From IMG/VR virus record IMGVR_UViG_3300037422_000301, positions 1 through 36,274 of that record: DNA of 36,274 nt, one strand, 5' to 3'. The translations under genes were made by a program, and so were the position numbers. The notes beneath the pieces were generated by a model. The model saw only the letters and a list, made by a program, of their open reading frames with translations. It did not search any database and had not been told where the DNA came from. The DNA comes from a virus (Duplodnaviria; Caudoviricetes). How positions within the stretch are numbered: position 1 is the stretch's first letter; the number at the start of each line of letters is the position of its first letter. This document shows, in pieces, positions 26,497 to 34,557 of this stretch.

Positions 26497-26939
26497 AGAC
26501 TTATAACAAGCGTTTCAATGCCCAGCGCGCGGCCCGCGCCGAACTTGGAGACGATGCCATCGAAGGCATCGACTTTCGCACCTTCAAATCCGAGGACGGG
26601 TCTTGGACGTGGGAGCAAGGCAGGAAGCCCGCTCCTTCGGGACCAAAGCCGGAAATCGAGAAGGCCCCCGCCGAAGCCAAATCGGCGGAACCCAATTCAA
26701 TTGGCAAGCGCGCAACCATCGAGGCAGCTGCCCGAGCGGGCAAGTTGCCCGAACCGCCCGATTTCGGCGCCGAAACGCATAAGCGCTTCCGGTCCAAACT
26801 CGCCAAACTGGTGGCGCTCGCCGATGCGGGCGATATCGAAGGCCTCACGGCGGTAGCCATCAATCCGGTTTCATCGAGCCCAAAGGCGATGGCTCGCTAT
26901 CGCGAACTTTGCCTCATGGCCTTGGAGGCACGGAAATGA
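26493..26939 (+). CDS. Hypothetical protein (counter-oriented operon gene 2)
   Basis: AAGGAG RBS, GTG 26493 (MKTYNKRFNAQRAARA...PPDF.AETHKRFR...). ATGA overlap with the next gene. Confidence 0.75.
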   Translation: MKTYNKRFNAQRAARAELGDDAIEGIDFRTFKSEDGSWTWEQGRKPAPSGPKPEIEKAPAEAKSAEPNSIGKRATIEAAARAGKLPEPPDFGAETHKRFRSKLAKLVALADAGDIEGLTAVAINPVSSSPKAMARYRELCLMALEARK

Positions 26940-27136
26940 CCGGCAGCAACGTGAAGTTCGCGATAAAACAAGCCAGCGAGAAGCTCGTCGGCAGGATGAT
27001 TGTCGGCACCGTCGAGTCGTCTGACGGCGAGAGTTGGGGCTTGCAGATCAAGGACTCCACAGGGCGCCTGTCCAACGTGTGGGTTGACCAAGACCCCGAG
27101 GGCAACGGTCCCGGCTGGCTGGCATACGAGGCTTGA
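26936..27136 (+). CDS. Hypothetical protein (counter-oriented operon gene 3)
   Basis: GGAGG RBS, ATG 26936. C-terminal W...DPEGNGPGWL. Confidence 0.7.
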   Translation: MTGSNVKFAIKQASEKLVGRMIVGTVESSDGESWGLQIKDSTGRLSNVWVDQDPEGNGPGWLAYEA

Positions 27137-27141
27137 AGGCC

Positions 27142-27867
27142 TCACGCCCGCGCAGGCCCCGTAACATTCCAGAACAGCACGAGCCCGGCCCCGCGCCGGG
27201 CTTTGCATATTTCCCAAGCCTTGACGTCGTAATGCAGATCGGACGGGAACGGCGCGCGCACCCGCCCTTCGCGCCCAAACGGTAGCGGATGGACATGAAT
27301 CGTGGCACCCACTACCTCGTCCTTGGTGAGCGCATGGCCGACTTGTACGGCATGCCGCCGTGCATTCGGCCACGCCTTGGCGAGCGCCCGTGACAGAACG
27401 CCCGACCCGGCAGCGCACCACACCTCGTCCGGATCAACCCCGGTTGATCGCGCTGCTGCCGCGATCGTCGCGATCGCTTCCGGCATATCAACGCCGAAAG
27501 GCACGAGTCGCGCGCCGGTTCTTTCGCAGTATTCCCGCGCCCGAACCTTGACCACCGACAGATAGCCCGGCTCAACGCCGACCACCTTGGCGCCGAGGCG
27601 TGAGGCTTCCAGCGTCCGGGCATGGGGCCGCGCGCGCTTGGCTACGAAGATCGTGGCGCGCTTGCCGAGCGATCTTGCGACCGTTGCCAGCGCCGTTTGT
27701 GCGCCGCCCTCGGCGGGACTCGCGTAGACCGCTTCATCGCAACCGTCGAACAAGGCGGGCATGAAGCGCGCCTTGGTCCCGCCTGGGAACAGATCATCCC
27801 GGACCACCAGAACACCGTCATGCTCGACGGCAACAGGGATGCCAGAAGCCAGCGGATCACGACGCAT
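27142..27867 (-). CDS. Fold-type II PLP-dependent enzyme
   Basis: VVRDDL..GGTKAR (Schiff-base Lys), CAAGSG phosphate loop, YDVKAW, LFWN. Confidence 0.8.
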   Translation of the reverse strand: MRRDPLASGIPVAVEHDGVLVVRDDLFPGGTKARFMPALFDGCDEAVYASPAEGGAQTALATVARSLGKRATIFVAKRARPHARTLEASRLGAKVVGVEPGYLSVVKVRAREYCERTGARLVPFGVDMPEAIATIAAAARSTGVDPDEVWCAAGSGVLSRALAKAWPNARRHAVQVGHALTKDEVVGATIHVHPLPFGREGRVRAPFPSDLHYDVKAWEICKARRGAGLVLFWNVTGPARA

Positions 27868-27879
27868 GGACCTGCTGTA

Positions 27880-28776
27880 TCATTCAGCCCCGCCGTCTCC
27901 GAGATCGACCTCACCGAATTCCACCTGGCCACAGGCTTCCGTGGCCTTCTTCGGGTCGCCCTTAACGAAAACCAGCACATTCTGGTGCGTCCGCCCGAGC
28001 TTGCGCGAGGCCTCGAACTGGCGCCCGGCGCGGATCGGCAGCGAGCCGACCGCTGTCACCAGAATGGCGTCGTTGTAGAACCGCGCGCCGGCGGCTTCGA
28101 ATGCTTCAATGGTGCGACCCGGCAGGTTTGCATAGAAACCTCTCTCGTCACGCACATCGCCAATCACCCAGACCGCGAAGCGATCCTCGCGCAGCCGCGC
28201 GACGCTATCGCGGATGATTGCCGCCTGGGCGGCGAAGAATTCCTGCTTGCCCATGTTCGACAAGTCGGCGGGATCGTCGGAATAACGTTCGAGGTTCCAG
28301 TAGGGCGGGCACGAGAAAACAAGATCGGCCTCGACATCGCCGGCCAGCGCCGTGATGTTCCGGCTATCGCCCTGCCGCCATTCCGGCGCGGGTGCGCCCG
28401 CAAGATGAAGTTGGGCGCCATTGGCTTCCACCTGTTCCGGTCGCAGCTCGATGCCGACATAGCCACACCCGAGCCGTGAGGCGACGATGCCGCGCACCGA
28501 ACCGCCCGCGAAGGGATCGAGTACCAGGCCGCCCGGCGGGCAAAACCAGCGATAGGCGATCTCGCAGATGACCGGATCGAAGATCGAGGTGCCGGATGCG
28601 GTGTCCAATATCGTCTGAGAGACGGGATCGAGATCATCACGCTCCCGGTCGCCCCTCACGAACGTCAGATTACCTGCCATGCGCCTCGCCAATCGTTCAG
28701 CCTGCTTGCGGTTATGCTCCGCCCATCCGCCACCTCCGCCGCCGGACGGCATTGCGTTCGCGCGGTGCTTGCTCAC
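27880..28776 (-). CDS. SAM-dependent amino-methyltransferase-like DNA modification enzyme
   Basis: TSIFDPV.CE..Y.WF, LDPFAGGSVRG (SAM motif I), GIEL..EQ, FSCPPY (motif IV), HQNVLVF.KG. GTG overlaps the upstream TGA. Confidence 0.82.
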   Translation of the reverse strand: MSKHRANAMPSGGGGGGWAEHNRKQAERLARRMAGNLTFVRGDRERDDLDPVSQTILDTASGTSIFDPVICEIAYRWFCPPGGLVLDPFAGGSVRGIVASRLGCGYVGIELRPEQVEANGAQLHLAGAPAPEWRQGDSRNITALAGDVEADLVFSCPPYWNLERYSDDPADLSNMGKQEFFAAQAAIIRDSVARLREDRFAVWVIGDVRDERGFYANLPGRTIEAFEAAGARFYNDAILVTAVGSLPIRAGRQFEASRKLGRTHQNVLVFVKGDPKKATEACGQVEFGEVDLGDGGAE

Positions 28777-29603
28777 GGGCCAATCGCCTTGCCGCGCCCA
28801 TCGCCCCGCGCCTTGGATTTCGAATAGTCGGCCGCCGGAAGCGGCGAACCGCCGGGGGCGGCGGTTGATTTTGCGGCGCGCCTGGCAGTCGCGGCAGCGG
28901 CGACTTGATCAGCCAGACCACCGTTTCCAAGCTTTGCGCCATCGTGAAAAGCTTTCGCATATCCGCGATCAAGCGGCCTCGGGCTTCCGCCTGGCGCTGC
29001 GCCGCGGCCCAGCTCGGAGCGAATGCCGAGATCGATCCACGCCCGCTTGCGATCCTGCCACCAGCCCTTGCGGGCATCGAGGACCGAGAATGGCGGAATG
29101 CCGAAGCGATCCGCCAAAGTGGCGGATGGTTCGGGCGCTGGCGATCCAGCGGGAGGAATACCGGAGTCGTCAGCGTCCGCGCCCCCATCCATGCCCGGAA
29201 CGGCAACGGAATCGAGCATGCGCAGGAGGTCGTCGTCACTGAACCCGAGCAAGTCGAGATCGAATTCCTCGTCGCGGAGCGCCGCGAGTTCGGCCTTGAG
29301 CATCGCCTCGTCCCAGCCCGCGCTTTCGGCGATGCGGTTGTCGGCGATCACCAGCGCCCGGCGCTGGGCCTCGCTCAGGTGATCGAGGACGATCACCGGA
29401 ACCTCGGCCATGCCAAGCTGCTTTGCCGCCAGCACGCGGCCATGACCCGCGACGATCATATCGTCGGCGCCAATCAGCACCGGGTTGACGAAGCCGAACT
29501 CGGCAATGGAGGCGGCAATCTGCGCGATCTGATCCTCGGAATGGGTCCGGGAATTCCGGACATAGGGAACCAGCCGGTCGATGGGCCGCGTTTCGATCTG
29601 CAA
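28773..29603 (-). CDS. ParB/Srx N-terminal domain protein with methylase-associated C-terminal segment
   Basis: LVPY.RN.RTH...QI..IA.SI.EFGF.NP, AGHGR, IADNR, then L.DRF..PPFSVLDAR.G.WQ.RK..W. TTG 29603 has a GGAG RBS. Confidence 0.85.
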   Translation of the reverse strand: MQIETRPIDRLVPYVRNSRTHSEDQIAQIAASIAEFGFVNPVLIGADDMIVAGHGRVLAAKQLGMAEVPVIVLDHLSEAQRRALVIADNRIAESAGWDEAMLKAELAALRDEEFDLDLLGFSDDDLLRMLDSVAVPGMDGGADADDSGIPPAGSPAPEPSATLADRFGIPPFSVLDARKGWWQDRKRAWIDLGIRSELGRGAAPGGSPRPLDRGYAKAFHDGAKLGNGGLADQVAAAATARRAAKSTAAPGGSPLPAADYSKSKARGDGRGKAIGP

Positions 29604-29629
29604 GCGATGTCTCCGAGTGGTTTGACGCC

Positions 29630-29747
29630 GGTGCGCAAGCAAGGGTGCGCAATGCGCAATCAAAGGTGCGCAACCAGAATTTCAGTCTGCCGCTGGATTT
29701 TTATTGGGCCCCGCCCGCCCGCATAGGCTGTGGCCCAGAAAGAACCT
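29630..29747 (-). other. Putative cos packaging site (cosQ/cosN-like plus repeated cosB-like boxes)
   Basis: Minus strand AGGTTCTTTCTGGGCCACAGCCTATGCGGGCGGGCGGGGCCC resembles lambda GGGTCCTTTCCGG...ACAGGTTACGGGGCGGCG. Four TGCGCA boxes at 29630-29673. Confidence 0.5.
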
Positions 29748-29853
29748 AAGGCCGGGGGGTGTGGGCGCGCGACCCTTCGATCATACCAAGAAACATGCCA
29801 GATATTGTTCGGAATGTCATGCGGTTTATTGCCCGATTTCATCCGTACAAAGA

Positions 29854-30327
29854 CTATTCAAGCGCGCTTGAATGCCGCGCTTTGCGGTCGAGTGCGGACA
29901 TGCTTTTGCGAACCTGCTTCCTGGCTTGCGGAATGAGGCCGCGATTGTGCTGATTTGCGATGTTGATCATCGCCGCTGCCCAGCGTTGCCATGCGACGGT
30001 GCGTGATATGCCGATGCGCCAGCAGATGGGCTTCCAGCGCACGCCCTCGGCGCGAAGCCAGACGATGCGCGCGTCGTCAGGTTCTTTCAACCAGGCGAGC
30101 CACGTGAACGCTTCCTCCATTTGCGATATGGAATGCGGTGATGGCGACAAGCGTGGTGCTGACGCTGGCTCCCAGCCATAGGCCTCCGCAGCAGAACGCA
30201 CGATTGGAGGCCATACGCTGATGTAGCCGGGGACACGTGAGGAAGGTAGCCGGCGCAGGGTGTGGGCCGCGTCCTCAAAGCGTTCCTCGATCTCCTTGGG
30301 CGAAAGCCGCGTGGTGGTCTTGCTCAT
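29854..30327 (-). CDS. DUF6362-like putative late transcriptional regulator
   Basis: RFE.AA.TL.RLP, WP, I..MEE...WL.WL, VWLRA....WK.IC. ATGA overlap with the RuvC-like gene. Confidence 0.75.
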   Translation of the reverse strand: MSKTTTRLSPKEIEERFEDAAHTLRRLPSSRVPGYISVWPPIVRSAAEAYGWEPASAPRLSPSPHSISQMEEAFTWLAWLKEPDDARIVWLRAEGVRWKPICWRIGISRTVAWQRWAAAMINIANQHNRGLIPQARKQVRKSMSALDRKARHSSALE

Positions 30328-30863
30328 TTCGTTCCTCCAATCCGTTGAGAGATTGCCCAATCGAGAAGCGCCAGCGCGTCGGCCTCGTTGTCGTCGCCGG
30401 GCTGAAAGCCGCGTTTGCGCATCGCGGCGATCACTTCGTCCTTGGAGGCGTTGCCCTTGCCCGTCGCATGGCGCTTGATGGTGGCGACGGGGACGCCGAG
30501 ATAGGGAACTTGCTTGCGTTCGCACCAGGCGGTGAGATGGGCGAGGAAGCCGCCATAGACCTGAGCAGCGAGCGTTCCGGCATGGGCGCGGACTTCCTCA
30601 AACACCACGGCGGCGAGCGGAGCGCCGCATCCGCCAGAAATATCGGAAAGCCACTTGTCAAACCGCACGAAGGTCATACCAGCGCCTTCGAAGCGTCCGG
30701 GCTTGTAGTGGTTCGTTCCTGAGACAATCACACCCGAAACGAGACGCAATGCCCAACCGGTGTGCGTTCCGAGATCGAGGGCGAGGATCACGTCGGAATT
30801 CTCATATGGCATTTCGGGTTTCGGAGGGATTTTCGCGGGGATTTTGGGAAGGGCTTCGATCAT
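30324..30863 (-). CDS. RuvC-like Holliday junction resolvase
   Basis: LALDLG..TGWA, FEEVR.H, TGKGNASK, DDNEADALA. AGGAG RBS favours ATG 30863. Confidence 0.85.
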   Translation of the reverse strand: MIEALPKIPAKIPPKPEMPYENSDVILALDLGTHTGWALRLVSGVIVSGTNHYKPGRFEGAGMTFVRFDKWLSDISGGCGAPLAAVVFEEVRAHAGTLAAQVYGGFLAHLTAWCERKQVPYLGVPVATIKRHATGKGNASKDEVIAAMRKRGFQPGDDNEADALALLDWAISQRIGGTK

Positions 30864-30879
30864 GGAATTCAATCTCCTT

Positions 30880-31536
30880 TCAAAACGGAACGTCGTCGCC
30901 CTTGGCCCAATCGAAGCCGAAGGGATTTGACTGCGGCGTGGCGGGCGAGAAACCGGGCGCTGACGGTTTCGGCTTCATTGCGGCTTTCGCCCTTTCCGAT
31001 TCCGAAATGGCGTCCTTCGCCGCCGCCGCTTGTTTCTGTTGATCAGGCGGGTTGTGAGTACCGGCGGGGCGAACCGCGGTAACGGTCGCCCCTGGGAAAC
31101 GGTTTTTCACAGCCCGCACATCTTCGCCGAAGGCATCGAGCGCCAGGGCGACTTCGGCGAGCGTCCAGACCGTGCCCCAGCGTTCCGCCTTGACGGCGGC
31201 GGCTTCATCGGCCGAGCGCACGATGGCGACGACCTCGCCGGTGGACGGGATTATGGCTTGCCAGATCACCGGGGACATGGGCAGCGCGCCAGCCGTGGAC
31301 GCGGCCTTGTCGAGCGCCTTCCATGCGCGTTCCATCCCACCGGCATGGGCGACGATGGCGTCGTGCATCTTCATCGACAGCGCCGCATCAAGCTTTTCGG
31401 CCTGGGCATGGAACTTCACCGCGAGCTCCGGGGCGACGAGCTTCGGCAATCGGCCGACACCCCATTTGCGTTCCATGACGGTTGCCACTTCATCGAGGCA
31501 ATCGATGGCGGCGGATGCGAGGGCGGCGCTGGTCAT
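30880..31536 (-). CDS. Hypothetical phage protein (replication region)
   Basis: MERKWG..RLP.LV, K..FPGA.V, acidic DDVPF tail. ATGA overlap. Confidence 0.75.
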   Translation of the reverse strand: MTSAALASAAIDCLDEVATVMERKWGVGRLPKLVAPELAVKFHAQAEKLDAALSMKMHDAIVAHAGGMERAWKALDKAASTAGALPMSPVIWQAIIPSTGEVVAIVRSADEAAAVKAERWGTVWTLAEVALALDAFGEDVRAVKNRFPGATVTAVRPAGTHNPPDQQKQAAAAKDAISESERAKAAMKPKPSAPGFSPATPQSNPFGFDWAKGDDVPF

Positions 31537-31859
31537 TGGGCGCCTCCCATGAGCTTGGCGCGCGCCTCAAGCGCGCGGAAATGCGCACAGGGGGTATGGG
31601 GGAACTCCGCCGCCGCGAACATATCCAATGATTTCAATGACAACGGAGTTAAACTCCGCAACGCCGCGAAACTCCGCCGCATAATGAAATCAATGGCTTG
31701 CACGCCTAACTCCGCAAACTCCGCAGAAGTCGCGCCGATTCTCCATCGGTCTTGAACCAATCTTGCGGGGTTCTCGCGGAGATTCGCGGAGTTGCGGAGT
31801 TTGTGTGGCAACCCATTGATACCGTTGCACGGAGTTGCGGAGATTGCGCGGAGCATCAT
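31533..31859 (-). CDS. Possible small ORF spanning the origin-like repeats
   Basis: Start and stop overlap both neighbours, but the protein sequence is dictated by DNA repeats. Confidence 0.35.
   Translation of the reverse strand: MMLRAISATPCNGINGLPHKLRNSANLRENPARLVQDRWRIGATSAEFAELGVQAIDFIMRRSFAALRSLTPLSLKSLDMFAAAEFPHTPCAHFRALEARAKLMGGAQ
31603..31855. repeat. Iteron-like AACTCCGC array with IHF sites; putative replication origin
   Basis: Direct copies at 31603, 31652, 31670, 31708, 31717. Inverted or variant copies at 31644, 31776, 31786, 31794, 31829, 31837, 31848. WATCAANNNNTTR matches at 31688-31700 (+) and 31809-31821 (-). Confidence 0.75.
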
Positions 31860-34114
31860 GCGTCTCCCTCTGGACCTGGCGGTTTCCCCGGTGGCGGCGC
31901 GCGGCGCTCGTCGAGCGGCACGACCCGGAGGCCTTTCGTCTTGTTTCGGGTGTCGTAGATCGCCTTTTCGATGGCCCCCTGGGCGAGCAGGGCTTCGACA
32001 ATGTTGCGGACAACGCGCGCGGGCTGCCCGAGCGCTTGAGGCAACGCCTCTGCCCAGTAACGGTTGCTCTGTGGCCGCACACCGTATGGTTCACCCGCCC
32101 GCCAGGCGCGCCCGATCTCAGCGACAACCGCTGCCTCTATCACCTTGTCGATCTCTCCAATTTCCGATGGCTTGGGCACGCCCGGAGCCAACACGCCCAC
32201 TTCGTCCCCGTTGGCGATGGTGACGGATTCCCGCCGGAACCATTTGGCCTCGTCGCCAACGAGGGAAAGGTTCGCCTTCGCATCATCGAGGCGAGCCCAG
32301 CGCCGGCGCTCGCCGTCGTCCAGGCCGAGCTCGTCCGCGTCCCGTTTCGACATGTTGGAAAGCGTGACGACCACGCGGCAGACACCGCCGAAGGAGGAAG
32401 CGCCGCGCGCGGCGGTCTGCTGTCCCACCCATGCGTCCGGGGCCGCGAATGGCGGCTTTGCCGTGTGATGGACAAGGACAATCGCGCAGTTCGCCCGCTT
32501 GGCGATTTCGCGCCAGATCGCGCCAACCGCGTTGATCTGAACGTTGTCGTTCTCGTCGCACTGGTGGGTTTCGACGAAGGGATCGACGAAGAACAGCCCG
32601 ACACCTTCCCGTACAAGAATGTCCGCGATCTGATCGGCGTCGGGGAGCCGTTCAACCTGGCCCTCCCTTGTCTTGCGCGCGATGACGAGCGGGTGTTCGA
32701 GGCCAGAATTGAGCCCAATTCGGTTCGCAAGTTCGGCGCCGAAATCGATACCATGGTGCTGCACCACGGCGGCGAGCCGCCGCAACATCTCTTCGCGGTC
32801 GTCTTCCTGATTCCAGACCCAAGCCTTGGCGCGCTCACGCACGGCAAGGCCGATAATGTCGTCGCGGGCGGTGGCGACTGCCACAGCCGCGGCGATTGCG
32901 AGGGAAGACTTCCCCACGCCGGGCGGCGCCACGAGTCCGGTGACATGCCCGCGAATTGCGATGTTTCCAAGCAAGAATTCCCTCCTCTTGAGAAGTGCTG
33001 TTGCCAATTTGGTGCAGGCGTCGAAACGCAAGGGCGCCGGCGGATCGCCATCGTCCAGCGCATGCGCCGGGTTCGGCACGTTCCATTTGCGGCGGGCGCC
33101 TTCGATCATGCGGGCGAGGTCGCGCCGGGTCATGTCGGGCTTGTAGTTGGGAAGGGTTAGCCCCTCGGCGGTGGCCAATATCTCCGCATCGGACCAGCCG
33201 CGCGCCGTCCAATGGGCGACGAGGCGGACAACGTGATCATGCCAGCGTTCGCCCCGGCGGATGGCGGCAAGAGCATGATCGATGGAGAGAGTGCCGATGG
33301 CGAGGCCGTTGTCGTTTCGGGCAGGCAGCGGCGATTGGGTGTCTGTTTTCTCCAGACTTGCGGGGGCAATAGGCGGAAGATTTGTGCCGCTTGCATGTGA
33401 TGTCGCCATTGGCGAAGGGGCCGCGAGCAGCGGCGCATTCGGCGCGAAAGCCCGCAACAAGTGCTCGACGTAATATTGTCGGGGACGCCCGTCGTCTGGA
33501 ATCTGGACCTCTGTTCTTTCAAGGACGCGGCCATCCTTCGTCGGCCACGCCACCGATCCGCCGAGGCGCAAGACCCGGCTAGGATTGATGACCGAAGGAT
33601 CGCCTCCAATGGCCTGGGCGATGTTCGAGCACAGGTTCCGCAGGAGCTCATGGCCGCGGCATGGCGTTGCGAGCCTCCACCACATCTGCCCCCGCGTGTG
33701 TGGATGCCGGCCGGTGACGACGCCCATGGTGGGTGGAACGCTACGGCGCTGGCATTCGAACGTCGCCGCCCGCAGAACATTGTCATCCACATCGGCCCAA
33801 ATGGCGCTCGCAGCGAGGAAATCGGCGTCGGCACCGCGCTTGGCCCTAGATGTTTCGGGTTTCCGTAACGCCCCGCCGACATAGAGATTGCAGCCGGGAT
33901 TCGCGTTGAGCGCCGTGGCGCGTTCGATCAACTCCTCAATCTCGTCCGTTCCGAAGAGCTGCGCCGCCGATAGCGCGCCGGTCCTCGGATCATTCCAAGC
34001 CAGCTCAATTAGTCCGCCCTGCGCGCCATCGAGGTCATCCAGGAACAGGTGCTCGAGCTGCCGCCGCATCGCGTCGGGATCGGGCGCAAGGATAGGGGAC
34101 ACGGCGTTCGACAT
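31856..34114 (-). CDS. Primase (RepB-like) - helicase (AAA_25/RepA-type) fusion
   Basis: N-terminal WADVD, TG..PH.R...WW.L, GDP.V.NPSRVLRL.G. C-terminal APPGVGKS, FVDP, LVHH, ARGASS. Confidence 0.88.
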   Translation of the reverse strand: MSNAVSPILAPDPDAMRRQLEHLFLDDLDGAQGGLIELAWNDPRTGALSAAQLFGTDEIEELIERATALNANPGCNLYVGGALRKPETSRAKRGADADFLAASAIWADVDDNVLRAATFECQRRSVPPTMGVVTGRHPHTRGQMWWRLATPCRGHELLRNLCSNIAQAIGGDPSVINPSRVLRLGGSVAWPTKDGRVLERTEVQIPDDGRPRQYYVEHLLRAFAPNAPLLAAPSPMATSHASGTNLPPIAPASLEKTDTQSPLPARNDNGLAIGTLSIDHALAAIRRGERWHDHVVRLVAHWTARGWSDAEILATAEGLTLPNYKPDMTRRDLARMIEGARRKWNVPNPAHALDDGDPPAPLRFDACTKLATALLKRREFLLGNIAIRGHVTGLVAPPGVGKSSLAIAAAVAVATARDDIIGLAVRERAKAWVWNQEDDREEMLRRLAAVVQHHGIDFGAELANRIGLNSGLEHPLVIARKTREGQVERLPDADQIADILVREGVGLFFVDPFVETHQCDENDNVQINAVGAIWREIAKRANCAIVLVHHTAKPPFAAPDAWVGQQTAARGASSFGGVCRVVVTLSNMSKRDADELGLDDGERRRWARLDDAKANLSLVGDEAKWFRRESVTIANGDEVGVLAPGVPKPSEIGEIDKVIEAAVVAEIGRAWRAGEPYGVRPQSNRYWAEALPQALGQPARVVRNIVEALLAQGAIEKAIYDTRNKTKGLRVVPLDERRAPPPGKPPGPEGDA

Positions 34115-34183
34115 TTCAATCTGGCTTGCCGCCCGGCAATTCAAGCAGTGCGAGTGAAAGCGTGGTTTCGGGATGATCGGACA

Positions 34184-34375
34184 TCAGACCATCTCCCTTT
34201 CTTCCGCCAACCACTGCGGAAGCGTAACAGTGTGCGTCCTGCCATCCGCATTTGGAGCGAGCTCGATTTGCGAAAGCGGAAGCCACACCGTTTCCTTTTC
34301 GCCATAGTCAACCAGCACGGCGCGATCCGAACTGCCGCGAATGGTGACGGTGATGTCGATGATGTCGGATTTCAT
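34184..34375 (-). CDS. Small hypothetical phage protein
   Basis: AVLV......VWLP.SQIE...VTLP.WLA pattern. ATGA overlap. Confidence 0.7.
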   Translation of the reverse strand: MKSDIIDITVTIRGSSDRAVLVDYGEKETVWLPLSQIELAPNADGRTHTVTLPQWLAEEREMV

Positions 34376-34557
34376 GACTTCCCGCCTCCGGCCGCAAAGA
34401 GCGAGTCGTTCACTTCGAAGTGTGCTCGCGCTTCCTGATCGAACCGGCGTTCAAGCTCCTTCGAGCGAAGCAACTCCGTCCGCGTCCGATCCCGGAAATA
34501 AGCCTTCTGCGCGGTCCGCATTTCGATCCCGAGCCGGATGATTTGATCGGCGGTCAT
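34372..34557 (-). CDS. Small hypothetical phage protein
   Basis: MR.AQK.YF..R....L..SK.LE...D pattern. ATGA overlaps on both sides. Confidence 0.7.
   Translation of the reverse strand: MTADQIIRLGIEMRTAQKAYFRDRTRTELLRSKELERRFDQEARAHFEVNDSLFAAGGGKS

Noticed and set aside
31603-31855. CRISPR array
   Set aside because: Repeats are 8 bp, irregularly spaced and in both orientations, and there are no cas genes.
10433-33160. Long plus-strand ORFs (e.g. 10433-11722, 24260-25564, 31835-33160)
   Set aside because: Antisense shadows of GC-rich phage genes, with no recognisable motifs.
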